Assembly: GCA_965277805.1 (NCBI GenBank)
Contig: OZ255842.1
Span: 4,608,001 to 4,672,000, forward strand
Source: Candidatus Lustribacter sp.
GTDB taxonomy: Bacteria > Vulcanimicrobiota > Vulcanimicrobiia > Vulcanimicrobiales > Vulcanimicrobiaceae
Direction: 5' to 3'
DNA: 64,000 bases
The notes beneath the pieces were generated by a model, which had not been told where the DNA came from, did no database searches, and was given only the letters and a program-made list of their open reading frames with translations. Shown in pieces: positions 10,616-20,210 of this stretch (its first letter is position 1; every line of letters begins with the position of its first letter). A program made the translations under genes and the position numbers.

Positions 10616-12397
10616 TCACTGTTTGCGGGCGGCCTGCGAGAGCGTATGCAGTCGCACCGCCGCGTTGACGAGCGATGCGTGGGAGAGGGTCTGCGGCACG
10701 TTGCCGACCTGACGCTTGAGGTTCGGATCGTATTCCTCGGACAGCATCCCGACATCGTTGGCGACGCCGATCAGCTTCTCGAGTAACGCGCGCGCCTCAT
10801 CGAAGCGGCCTTGCAGCGAGTAGTTGTCGACGAGCCAGAAGTTCACGGCCAAGAATGCGCCTTCAGGTTCGGAGTGTGTGGCTTGCGTCTCCGGATCGGC
10901 GGTCGTGCGATAGAGGAAGCCGTCTTGCATCAGCGCGGCAACGAGCGCGTCGGTGGTGCCGCGCATGCGCGGGTCGTCCGCCGCGATGAAGCCGACCACG
11001 GGCATCATCAAGAGCGCCGCATCGAGCGCTTTCGAACCGTACGACTGCACGAACGTATTGCGCTTAGCGTCGAACCCCTTCGCAAGGACGTCGGCGCGGA
11101 TCTGGTCCGCCGCCGCTCTCCAGCGATCGCGCGGGCCCTTATAGCCGAAATCATCGAGCGCGCGCACAGCGAAGTTGAGCGCGGCCCACGCGAGAACTTT
11201 GGAATGCGTGTAGTGCAGCGGTTCGGCGCGCGATTCCCAGATGCCGGAGTCGGGCTTGTCCCACACGCGTTCGACGTGCTCGACTAATTCCGAAATCATC
11301 CCCCAGGCCGACTCGTCGATCTCCACGCCGCTCTGATGCGCGAAGTAGATCGCGCCCATCGTTTCGCCGTACACGCCGAGTTGGAATTGCTGATAGGCCG
11401 CGTTGCCGATGCGCACCGGTTTCGAGCCCTCGTAGCCCGCCAGCGCGCCGACCTCGAACTCATCGATGCGCCGCTCGCCGCCGATGCCGTACATGATCTG
11501 CAAGTTTTCCGGCCGGCCGGCCAACGCGCAGAGCACCCAGTCGCGCCACGCGCGCGCATCGTCGATCAGGCCGCCGCGCAGCAGCGCCGCGATCGTGTAG
11601 GCGGAGTCGCGTACCCACGAGTAGCGGTAGTCCCAATTCTTCGAGCCGCCGATGACCTCGGGCAGCGACGTGGTGACGGCGGCCACGCCGGCACCCGACG
11701 GCGCATACGTCAGCGCTTCGAGAAACAGCAGCGAACGGCGCACGATCACGGGATAGCCGGACTCGATCTTGATTTGCGATGACCACTCGGTCCAATACTC
11801 AACGGTCTTCTCGAACGCGGCCATCGGATCGAGCGCCGGAGGGACGTCGTGATGAGAGGGATACCATGAGAGCACGAACGCACGCCGCTCGCCGGGCCGC
11901 AGCGAGAACGCCGCGCGCGGATCGTGATCCTCGAACGTCAGCTCCACGTCGCAGCGCAGCGCGAGCGCATCGCCGACGGCCGTCATCGTGAGCGCGTCGC
12001 CGATTTGGCGCGTCCACGGCGGCAGATCGCCGTAACCGAAACGCGCGTTGAGCACCATCTCGACCGGCACCTCGCCCTCGACGCCTTCGACGATGCGCAC
12101 GATGTGCGGTCCCGGATCGCGAAACGCGTGCATGAAGTCCGTTACGCGAATCGTTCCGTCGTCCGTGACGTGAGTCGTTTCGAGGACTAGCGTCTCGCCG
12201 CGGTACTGCCGGGTAGAAGAACGCACCGCCCCTTTCGGAGCGATGCGCCAGGTACCGTTCGTTTGGTCGCCGAGCAGCGCGCAGAAGACCGCGTCGTTGT
12301 CAAAGCGCGGCAGGCAGAGCCAGTCGATCGACCCGTCGCGACCGACGAGCGCGGCCGTGCCGCGATCGCCGATCAGCGCGTAGTCTTCGATGCGCAG
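10616..12397 (-). CDS. Glycoside hydrolase family 15 (trehalase/glucoamylase-like); probable CTG start
   Basis: (L)RIEDYALIGD...GSIDWLCLPRFD in frame upstream of the ORF-track start; NWDYRYSWVRD, GIWESR, LSEEYD. Confidence 0.9.
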   Translation of the reverse strand: MRIEDYALIGDRGTAALVGRDGSIDWLCLPRFDNDAVFCALLGDQTNGTWRIAPKGAVRSSTRQYRGETLVLETTHVTDDGTIRVTDFMHAFRDPGPHIVRIVEGVEGEVPVEMVLNARFGYGDLPPWTRQIGDALTMTAVGDALALRCDVELTFEDHDPRAAFSLRPGERRAFVLSWYPSHHDVPPALDPMAAFEKTVEYWTEWSSQIKIESGYPVIVRRSLLFLEALTYAPSGAGVAAVTTSLPEVIGGSKNWDYRYSWVRDSAYTIAALLRGGLIDDARAWRDWVLCALAGRPENLQIMYGIGGERRIDEFEVGALAGYEGSKPVRIGNAAYQQFQLGVYGETMGAIYFAHQSGVEIDESAWGMISELVEHVERVWDKPDSGIWESRAEPLHYTHSKVLAWAALNFAVRALDDFGYKGPRDRWRAAADQIRADVLAKGFDAKRNTFVQSYGSKALDAALLMMPVVGFIAADDPRMRGTTDALVAALMQDGFLYRTTADPETQATHSEPEGAFLAVNFWLVDNYSLQGRFDEARALLEKLIGVANDVGMLSEEYDPNLKRQVGNVPQTLSHASLVNAAVRLHTLSQAARKQ

Positions 12398-12401
12398 GGA
12401 A

Positions 12402-13916
12402 CTACTTCGCCGCGGTTACCTGAGCCGTCGTTACCGGCCCCGCTTTGTTGCCCCATGCGCTGCGGATGTATGTAAGCACCTCGGCGATTTCCGCGTCCTT
12501 GAGGTTGCCCTTCCAGGCCGGCATCTGACCGCTGTAGTTCGCGCCGTTCACGGTGATCGGCGTCGAGAGACCGTGATCGACGATTGCGATCAGTTTGTCC
12601 GCGGGTCCGGTGACGACCGGATTGTTCGCCAGCGGCGGGAAGATGTTCGGCTGTCCTTGACCGTTTGCGCCGTGGCAGCCCGCGCAGTTGGCGGTGAACA
12701 CCGCTGCGCCCGCCGCGGCACCGCCGGCCGTCGTCGATCCGCCGGCTCCGCCGCCGGAGTTACCACCGGTGCTGGTGTCGACGGCGTACGTGCCGCCCGC
12801 GGTCGCGGTCGAAGCGCTGGCAACGTCAACGCCGTGCAAGTGCTGTTGATCCATGACGTGATACTGACCGTAGAAGCTCAGAATGATCGCGCCGCCCAGC
12901 ACGAGGCCCGTGCAGGTGAGCACGATCGGCCGGCGCGACGGACGCCGGCTCGGATTGCGATCGATGAACGGCAGCGCGATCAGCACGACGATGAGCAGCG
13001 TCGGGAAGACGATCGTGACGAAGAGACCGAGCAGGTTGATGATATCCGGCGGCGCGGGAATGCTGCCGACGACGTCGAGCAGCGAGAACAGCGCCATGAA
13101 ATACCAGGCCGGATACGGCACGAATTGCGTGTTGTTCGGATCGGCTTTGGCATCGAGCGGAGCCGGCGAGAACAACGCGAGTGCGAACACGATGACGAAC
13201 ATCGCGAACGACACGACCGTGTCCATGAACATCTGGTCGGGCCAGAAGCGGCCGGGTTTGAGCTTGGGCATCACGTCTTCCGGCGGACCGGCCGAGCCGT
13301 TCCAGCGGAAGATCATGAGATGCAAGCCGACCAGCAGCACGAGCACGGCGGGCGTCAGCCAGACGTGAATGCCGAAGAAGCGGTTGATCGTCAGCGTACC
13401 GATGCCCGAACCGTCTTGGAGGAAGAGCAGCACCAGTTTGCCGGCGATGGGCGCCGAGCCCGAAATTTGAATCGCGACTTTAGATGCGAGCAGCGCATTG
13501 AGATCCCACGGCAACAGGTAGCCGGTGAGTCCGAGCACGAGCGTCATGATGAAGAGGATGACGCCGACGATCCACTGCAGTTCGCGCGGCTTCTTGTAGG
13601 CGCCCCACAGCAGCACTTGCAGCATGTGCATCATCATGAACGCGATCATCGCGGTCGCGCCCCAATAGTGGAGCGAGAGCACGAGATGGCCCAGCGGAAC
13701 CTTCTCGATGATGTACTTGGTGGATTCCCACGCCGTCGCGGCCGACGGCGAGTAGTAGAACGTGAGGAAGATGCCGGTGGCGATCTGCAGGATCATCGCG
13801 AAGACGGTCGCGCTGCCGAAGGCGTACCAGTAACTCGCACCCCCCGGGACGTCCTCGGTGAGGAACTCCGTCGTCAGCGTGACGAGGCCGGTGCGCGAAT
13901 CGAGCCAATTTAACAT
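12402..13916 (-). CDS. Cytochrome b + subunit IV + C-terminal monohaem cytochrome c fusion (bc-type complex)
   Basis: LHYWGA, MHMLQV, TGYLLPWD, RFFGIHV, GLHL; YPAWYF Qo-like motif; C-term CAGCH...QMPAW. Confidence 0.92.
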   Translation of the reverse strand: MLNWLDSRTGLVTLTTEFLTEDVPGGASYWYAFGSATVFAMILQIATGIFLTFYYSPSAATAWESTKYIIEKVPLGHLVLSLHYWGATAMIAFMMMHMLQVLLWGAYKKPRELQWIVGVILFIMTLVLGLTGYLLPWDLNALLASKVAIQISGSAPIAGKLVLLFLQDGSGIGTLTINRFFGIHVWLTPAVLVLLVGLHLMIFRWNGSAGPPEDVMPKLKPGRFWPDQMFMDTVVSFAMFVIVFALALFSPAPLDAKADPNNTQFVPYPAWYFMALFSLLDVVGSIPAPPDIINLLGLFVTIVFPTLLIVVLIALPFIDRNPSRRPSRRPIVLTCTGLVLGGAIILSFYGQYHVMDQQHLHGVDVASASTATAGGTYAVDTSTGGNSGGGAGGSTTAGGAAAGAAVFTANCAGCHGANGQGQPNIFPPLANNPVVTGPADKLIAIVDHGLSTPITVNGANYSGQMPAWKGNLKDAEIAEVLTYIRSAWGNKAGPVTTAQVTAAK

Positions 13917-13935
13917 ACGGTTACAACTTCTCCGA

Positions 13936-14568
13936 TCAGCCGATGCGCAAGACGACGAGGTCGGGGGTGTTCTGTTTATATTCGATCCACGTCAGCTCGG
14001 CTTTGCCGTTCGACTCGCGGAGCGGCAGCGGATCGAGACCGCGCGGCGCCGGGCCGGCGAGATGTTCGCCGAGATTGGTGTACTCCGAACCGTGGCACGG
14101 GCAGATGAACTTGGTCTGCGCGTCGACCCACGAATAGCGGCAGCCGAGGTGCGGGCAAATCGGGCTGAAGATCGTGAAGCCCATGTACCCAACGGGATAC
14201 GGTAGATGGTCGCCGCCGGGGGCGAAGAGCTCCGGACGCTTGGCCTTGAACTCGGCCTCGCTCGCCTTCACGGCCCACACGAACTGCTCGGTGTCGGCCG
14301 GCGGCAGATAGCCGTCGACTTCGTGGAGGCTGAACGTCACTTTGATCGGCTTGTCGGTGGCCTTCTGGAGGTCGGCCCACTCTTGGGGCGTCAGCGGCGA
14401 CCATTCATTGCCCACGGCATCCGGCGAGGGAACGAGCGAGGTGATCAGCGGGACCGCGAGCCCTAGCCCGATGACCCCGCCCAAAGCCATCACCGCGTTG
14501 ACCATAAAGGTCCGCCGGCTTTGTTCCTCCGGGGTCCCCGGATCTACGTACGACTCAGCGTGTGCCAT
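13936..14568 (-). CDS. Rieske iron-sulfur subunit of bc-type complex
   Basis: Tat-like SRRTFM + TM; CPHLGC and CPCHGS boxes; GPAPRGL. Confidence 0.95.
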   Translation of the reverse strand: MAHAESYVDPGTPEEQSRRTFMVNAVMALGGVIGLGLAVPLITSLVPSPDAVGNEWSPLTPQEWADLQKATDKPIKVTFSLHEVDGYLPPADTEQFVWAVKASEAEFKAKRPELFAPGGDHLPYPVGYMGFTIFSPICPHLGCRYSWVDAQTKFICPCHGSEYTNLGEHLAGPAPRGLDPLPLRESNGKAELTWIEYKQNTPDLVVLRIG

Positions 14569-14698
14569 CATTCTCCTCAAGGTTCACGGCCGCGGGACCG
14601 CCTTCACCCATGAACTATAGGATGTCGGTCCGACAAACTCGCGTACTTTCGTAGCGCTCGTTCCGCTGTTCCTCTCCCGGAAAGACGCTCACTCCCTC

Positions 14699-16213
14699 CT
14701 ACGAGGAGCAGCTCACCACGATGGGAGGACGATCCGGCGGGGCAGGCCGGTCGTAAGCGGCCACCTCCGGGTCGTCGCTGTACGGCCGGCGCAGGGCGGC
14801 CAAAAGTCGCCGCACGGGTTCGTCGTCGCCGGCTTCGGACGCCGCGATCGCCTCCTGGGCCAAGTGATTGCGCAACACGATGCGCGGGTTGACGGCGTTC
14901 ATCGCCGCGATGCGTTCGGCGAGCGGCCGGGCTTCGCGCTCGAGACGGAGCTCGTACCGGCCGAGCCACTCCGCGGCGGCCGGCGTTCCGCCGAGTGCGA
15001 GCAGCAGCGCTTCCCGGTGCGCTTGCGCGAGCTCCGGGTTCGCGGCGGATTCGGCAGCCGTGCGGATGTCGGCGAGCATGCGGAACGTGCGCGTGAAATC
15101 GGACTTCGCCGCGGCCATCGCGGTGCGCAGATCCTGGCCGAGCTGATCGTCCTCGTCCTGTGCATTGGCAAGGCCGAGTTTGTTGCGCGTGTTGGTGAGA
15201 AACGCGTCGCGCAACTCCGGCACGTAGGTTTTGATCGCGGCTTCGAGTTGCGCCGGTTCGACGATCGATGCGAGTGCGTTCGCCAGCGCGTAGCAATTCC
15301 ACAAACCGATGCCGGGCTGCTGATCGAACGCGTAGCGTCCGCCTTGATCGGTGTGGTTGCAGATGGCGCCGGGCTCGTACCCTTCCATGAAGCCGTACGG
15401 ACCGTAATCGAGCGTGAGCCCGAGAATCGAGAAGTTGTCGGTGTTCATCACGCCGTGCATGAAGCCCACGCTTTGCCACGCGGCCATCAAGCGCGCCGTA
15501 CGTTTCACCACCGCTTCGAAAAAGCGCACGTAGCGATCCTCGCCGGTGCCGGATTCGGGATAGAAGCGCTCGATCACGTAATCGGCGAGTATGCGGATCG
15601 CGTCGGTTTCGCCGCGCGCCGCAAAGATTTCGAACGAGCCGAAACGCACGAACGATTGCGCGAGCCGCACGACGATCGCTGCGGTTTCGATGCTCTCGCG
15701 AATGACTTGCTCGTCGTTTGCGACCATGGCGAGGGCGCGCGTCGTCGGGATGCTGAGCGCATCCATCGCTTCGCTGGCGAGAAATTCGCGAATCGTCGAT
15801 CGCAGCACGGCACGTCCGTCGGCGAAACGCGAGTAGGCGGTTTGGCCTGCGCCCTTGAGCTGGATCTCCCAGGGTTCGCCGCGCCGGTTCGTGATTTCGC
15901 CGAGCGCGATCGCGCGGCCGTCGCCGAGTTGTCCCGCCCAGACGCCGAACTGATGTCCGCCGTAGAGCGCCGCGAACGGCTGCATGCCGCGCAGGATCGC
16001 GGTGCCGCTCGCGATGCGGATGAACTCATCGCGCGTCAGCTCGCTCGGGCGCAGATCGATGAGCGCTGCAGCGTCGGGACTGACCGCAACCAGACGCGCG
16101 CCTTCAAGACCGCTCGGCGTGCGCGACTCGTAGAATCGCTCGCCTAGGGCGGCAAAGGCATTAGTGAAGACCAGATCCTCGAGCGCGATGCCCGGGGTTA
16201 ACGCAACCGTCAT
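14699..16213 (-). CDS. selO: SelO/YdiU protein adenylyltransferase
   Basis: YGGHQFG, GQLGDGRA, QLKGAG, DGRAVLRS, GFMHGVMNTDN, C-terminal SCSS. Confidence 0.93.
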   Translation of the reverse strand: MTVALTPGIALEDLVFTNAFAALGERFYESRTPSGLEGARLVAVSPDAAALIDLRPSELTRDEFIRIASGTAILRGMQPFAALYGGHQFGVWAGQLGDGRAIALGEITNRRGEPWEIQLKGAGQTAYSRFADGRAVLRSTIREFLASEAMDALSIPTTRALAMVANDEQVIRESIETAAIVVRLAQSFVRFGSFEIFAARGETDAIRILADYVIERFYPESGTGEDRYVRFFEAVVKRTARLMAAWQSVGFMHGVMNTDNFSILGLTLDYGPYGFMEGYEPGAICNHTDQGGRYAFDQQPGIGLWNCYALANALASIVEPAQLEAAIKTYVPELRDAFLTNTRNKLGLANAQDEDDQLGQDLRTAMAAAKSDFTRTFRMLADIRTAAESAANPELAQAHREALLLALGGTPAAAEWLGRYELRLEREARPLAERIAAMNAVNPRIVLRNHLAQEAIAASEAGDDEPVRRLLAALRRPYSDDPEVAAYDRPAPPDRPPIVVSCSS

Positions 16214-16257
16214 TAAAGCTTCAAACTCCGAGGTTCGTCCGATCCGTTGCGGGTAGG

Positions 16258-16788
16258 ATGGCAGACATGCGAGCGTATCTTTGGGGAATTCTCACCGTGC
16301 TGGTCATCCTGATTGCGGGCGGCTTCGCGGTCTATTGGTTCGCCTTGGTCCCGATGGGGGCCGATGCGCCGTATTTCCCGATGGAAAAGAAGATGGCCAA
16401 CCACATGGTCGACGCGACGATCGATCGCGAGGCGCCTGCGGCACCGTACCCGTTCGGCCCACCCACCGATGCGACGATCCTGGCCGGGGCGAAACTCTAT
16501 ATGACCAACTGCGCGGTCTGCCACGGCAGCGCCGGCAGCGATCAGTCCAACATGTCCAAAGGCCAGTACGTGAAGGTGCCGCAGTTCACCAAACATGGCG
16601 TCGACGACGATCCGGAAGGCGAGACCTACTGGAAGATCGAGCACGGCTATCGCTTCACCGGAATGCCCGCGTTCAAGGGTAACCTGACCGAAGAGCAGAT
16701 CTGGCAGATCACGTACTTCCTCAAACGCGGCATGGATAAGTTACCGCCGGCGGCCGACAAGGTCTGGCATCAGCCTCACGCGGACTAG
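16258..16788 (+). CDS. Membrane-anchored monohaem cytochrome c
   Basis: N-terminal TM, CAVCHG, GMPAF. Confidence 0.88.
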   Translation: MADMRAYLWGILTVLVILIAGGFAVYWFALVPMGADAPYFPMEKKMANHMVDATIDREAPAAPYPFGPPTDATILAGAKLYMTNCAVCHGSAGSDQSNMSKGQYVKVPQFTKHGVDDDPEGETYWKIEHGYRFTGMPAFKGNLTEEQIWQITYFLKRGMDKLPPAADKVWHQPHAD

Positions 16789-16795
16789 CCTGCGG

Positions 16796-17713
16796 TTAGG
16801 TGCGGGGTAACGAGACTTCGCGCTGCCCTCTGAGGAGTTCGCCCGCGACCGCGACGCCGAGACGCTCGGCCTGCCCGAGGTCTTCGACCGGCGCTTCGCG
16901 TGCGAGACGGCGCACCCCGGTCCCATCGCCGGACGCAATCGCTACGGAAAGCCGCAGCATTCCATCGGAGCAACGTTTCGCGAAGCCCGCAACCGGTGCT
17001 CCGCAACCGGCTCGCATTTCGCGCAGGAACGCTCGTTCCGCGACGACTGCGCGCTCGGTCGGCGTGTCGCCGAGGAGTTCGTGCACGATCGCTGCGCGCT
17101 GATCATCGCTGCGCATCTGGATTCCAAGTGCGCCTTGTCCGACACACGGCGTTACTTCTTCCGGCGAAAATGCGGCCATGTAGGTAGCGCGCGTGCCGAG
17201 ACGGTTCAGACCGGCCATCGCCAGGACCAACGCATCGTAGCCGCCATCTAACAGCTTCCCGAGGCGGGTATCGATGTTGCCTCGAACATCGACATACACG
17301 AGATCGTCCCGCAGTTCTGCTAGCTGCGCACGCCGTCGTGGACTCGACGTCCCCACGCGCGAACCCGCCGGCAGCTCACCAAACGTCGCAAAGCGTTCGG
17401 AGACATAGACGTCGCGCGGATCCTCTCGACGCGTTATCGCCGCCAGCGTGATTCCGGGCGCGAACGAGGAGGGCAAGTCTTTGCACGAGTGCACGGCACA
17501 ATCCGCGCGCTTCTCTCGTAACGCGCGCTCGACTTCGGCCGCAAACACGTTTTCAGTCCCGATCTCCGCGATAGCGCGGTCGGTTACGCGATCGCCGACG
17601 GTGGAGACGATCTTCAGCGTCGTCTCAATCCCGGCTCCGGCGAGACGTCGTGCAACAGACCTCGCTTGCACGAGGGCAAGGCGGCTACCGCGAGTTGCGC
17701 AGACGAAGGGCAC
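16796..17713 (-). CDS. hemC: Hydroxymethylbilane synthase, stand-alone second copy
   Basis: ATRGSRLALVQ, VHSCKDLP, GTSSPRRRAQL, RGNIDTRL, AGCGAPV. Confidence 0.92.
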   Translation of the reverse strand: MPFVCATRGSRLALVQARSVARRLAGAGIETTLKIVSTVGDRVTDRAIAEIGTENVFAAEVERALREKRADCAVHSCKDLPSSFAPGITLAAITRREDPRDVYVSERFATFGELPAGSRVGTSSPRRRAQLAELRDDLVYVDVRGNIDTRLGKLLDGGYDALVLAMAGLNRLGTRATYMAAFSPEEVTPCVGQGALGIQMRSDDQRAAIVHELLGDTPTERAVVAERAFLREMRAGCGAPVAGFAKRCSDGMLRLSVAIASGDGTGVRRLAREAPVEDLGQAERLGVAVAGELLRGQREVSLPRT

Positions 17714-17764
17714 GAACGTAACGTTTCACGTTCGTTGAGTCTAGCGATCTGACCGCGCGCAGCG

Positions 17765-17780
17765 GGTGACTTCTATCACG
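17765..17780. promoter_or_regulatory. CRP-type box GGTGAC-TTCT-ATCACG; -10 TAGACT (minus, 17738-17743) for second hemC
   Basis: Palindrome centred 41.5 bp upstream of predicted TSS ~17731. Confidence 0.75.
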
Positions 17781-17803
17781 CCGTGCGCTGAGAGGTTTGG
17801 TGT

Positions 17804-18391
17804 ATGACTGATCGCGTGCCGTTGAAGGCGCTCGCAGTTGGTTTGTTTTGGATCAACGTCGTCGCGCTCGGGCTCGGTCTTTTCGGCATCCTCGTTGCGA
17901 TTCCGCATGCGGGACCTTGGAAACACCCGGGCGACCTTGCCTTCTTCGTTTGGGCTCTGCCGCGCGGCGGTTCGATGGGCATGGTAACGGGTGCGCTCGC
18001 GATGCTTGTGGGCGATGGCTGGCGCCGGACGCTATTATTCGCCGTCATCTCCTGTGTCATTTCGGCTGCCGCGGAACTCACCAAGCACGAAAACGGGTTG
18101 GCCGTTCGGCGGTTACGAGTACCTCGAGCTCTTGGGATGGAAGATCGCGGGCGCGTTCCGTACGGTGTACCGCTGTCGTGGTTCTACATGGGTTTTGCGG
18201 CATACGTTCTGGCCACATCGCTCGTGCCCGCATTTGTGTCCGGTCGCGTTTGGCTGCGCGTTCTGCTCGGAACGTGGCTGCTAACCGCATGGGACCTCGT
18301 GCTCGATCCTGCAACCGCTTTGGCCGCAATCGCCCTGAGTCTCGTGCCGGCAATGGCGGCCCTCCGGCGACCGAGTCCGCGCACGGCTTGA
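17804..18391 (+). pseudogene. cruF: CruF-like carotenoid biosynthesis membrane protein, frameshifted internally and C-terminally shortened
   Basis: Conserved TGWPFGGYEY..LGWKIAG block lies in the +1 frame (18084-18152); VPYGVPLSWFYM and LTAWDLVLDPA in the main frame. Confidence 0.65.
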
Positions 18392-18399
18392 CGCCGGCG

Positions 18400-18753
18400 T
18401 TACTGCGGCGGGTTGTCCGGCGGTTTGGTCAGGTTCGGGAAGACCCGCTGCAGCTGGCGCTCGTAGGACTTGAGATCGAAACGGATCAGTTCTTCCTCGA
18501 CGATGCCGCGGACCCAGCGCTCGACGCGGTCCTTGGCAATGAACCACAGGGCCATGAACGGGGCGAGAACGACATGGAAGCCGACGAACGCCGCAAAATA
18601 CCAAGCCATGCCGAGCCACATCGGCGCGCCCCAACCCATGCGAATTGCCACCGCGGCGCCGGTAACGGTTGCCGCCGAATGAATGGCAATTCGAGCGTGG
18701 ACGTGCCGTGGCACGAACACGAGTTGGAGGCCCCGCGAGCCGGTTCTTAGCAC
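18400..18753 (-). CDS. Small hypothetical membrane protein
   Basis: ORF with two hydrophobic stretches, co-directional downstream of hemA copy 2; no family recognised. Confidence 0.4.
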   Translation of the reverse strand: MLRTGSRGLQLVFVPRHVHARIAIHSAATVTGAAVAIRMGWGAPMWLGMAWYFAAFVGFHVVLAPFMALWFIAKDRVERWVRGIVEEELIRFDLKSYERQLQRVFPNLTKPPDNPPQ

Positions 18754-18920
18754 GATCTCCCTGTTGACGACCGGCGCTCGATCCGTTCGAGCGGGCGTCT
18801 TCTTGCGGCGGTCATTATTAAAGTAAACGCACCGTTCCCGCCCGGTGATTCCATCAAGCGGGGCGTTTCGATCACATTATCAGGCGCACCTTATCGCGCA
18901 TATGGCCCGAATTCCAACGC

Positions 18921-20210
18921 TTACGGCCTGTGCCGCTCGTCGTCGGCTAGGGCGGCTTGCGACAGAGCGAAGATCTCATCGAGGAGCCGTGCCCGGTCGA
19001 GGGAACCATCGCGCATGCTCGAGATCGCGGGATGGAGGAGCTTCGAGACGATGCGTAGCGCGAGGCCGGTCACGAGCGTACGCTGGCGCTTGTCGAGCTC
19101 GGGGCAGCGTGCGAAGAGCCGGTCGAGTTCGGCCTCGCGGAGGGCATCGGCCTTTCGCGTGAGTGATGCCACCACCGGTAACGTGCGGCACGCCCGGTAC
19201 CAATGTTCGAACTGCGTCACGTGCGCCTCGATGATCTGCTCGACGAGCGGAATCGCGGCCTGACGGTGTTCGAGTGTCACGTCGACGGTTTCTTTGAGCT
19301 TGTCGATGTCGGTGACGATCGTGCCCGGAATGTGCGCGACCGCCGGATCGACGTCGCGCGGCATTGCGATATCGATCAGAAACAACGGCCGCTCGCGCCG
19401 GTAGCGCATTGCCTCGCCGATCAGTTCTTGCGTCAAAACGAAATGCGCGGCACCGGTTGAAGAAATCACGATGTCGGCTCCGCGCAGCGCGTCGATGAGC
19501 GACGGAAGCCCGGCCGCCTCACCGATACCGAGATTTGCCACCAGTTCGCGCGCACGATCGAGGTTCCGGTTGACGATGACCAGGCCTTGCGCCCCCTCGA
19601 GCTTGAGCCTCTTCGCAGCGGTCCGTCCCATTTTGCCGGCGCCGACCAGCACGATGTTCTTTCCCTGCAGCGGCCCAACGTGTTGCTTGGCCAACGTCAC
19701 CGCAACGGTAGCGATGCTGACCGATTCATTGCCGATGCCGGTCGACGAACGCGCGTTCTTGCCGGCGTTGATCGCATCGCGAAAGAGACGGTGCAGGGTC
19801 TTCCCGAGCGACTGTGCGCGCTGCGCCTGGTGGTAGGCTTCCTTCACTTGGCCGAGGATCTCGGCTTCGCCGATCAGCATCGAGTCGAGCCCGGTTGCCA
19901 CGTGCATGAGATGATCGACGGCCGTGGTTTCGACGAGCGTGTAGAGATACGGCTCGAGATCGTAGGCCACGTCACTGTGGCGGAAGTTGACCAGAAATTC
20001 TTTGAGCTGGCGTATGCCGAGCTCAGCGTCGGTCAGGTTGGCATAGATCTCCAGCCGGTTGCACGTGGAGAGCATCGCGGCTTCGAGAACCGTGTCGTAG
20101 TCACGCAACGCGACCAGTGCCTCGGCCATGTGATCGGGAGGAAACGCGTGCCGCTCACGGACCTCGGCCGGCGCCTCGTGATGCGAGATCCCGAGACAAA
20201 CGAGCGGCAT
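18921..20210 (-). CDS. hemA: Glutamyl-tRNA reductase, copy 2
   Basis: LSTCNRLEIY, GLDSMLIGEAEILGQVK, VGAGKMG, IDIAMPRDVDP; abuts bchH. Confidence 0.96.
   Translation of the reverse strand: MPLVCLGISHHEAPAEVRERHAFPPDHMAEALVALRDYDTVLEAAMLSTCNRLEIYANLTDAELGIRQLKEFLVNFRHSDVAYDLEPYLYTLVETTAVDHLMHVATGLDSMLIGEAEILGQVKEAYHQAQRAQSLGKTLHRLFRDAINAGKNARSSTGIGNESVSIATVAVTLAKQHVGPLQGKNIVLVGAGKMGRTAAKRLKLEGAQGLVIVNRNLDRARELVANLGIGEAAGLPSLIDALRGADIVISSTGAAHFVLTQELIGEAMRYRRERPLFLIDIAMPRDVDPAVAHIPGTIVTDIDKLKETVDVTLEHRQAAIPLVEQIIEAHVTQFEHWYRACRTLPVVASLTRKADALREAELDRLFARCPELDKRQRTLVTGLALRIVSKLLHPAISSMRDGSLDRARLLDEIFALSQAALADDERHRP

Noticed and set aside
18844-18885. GGTGATTCCATCAAG and nearby FNR-like half-sites
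   Set aside because: Spacer is one base short and no matching -10 at class II distance
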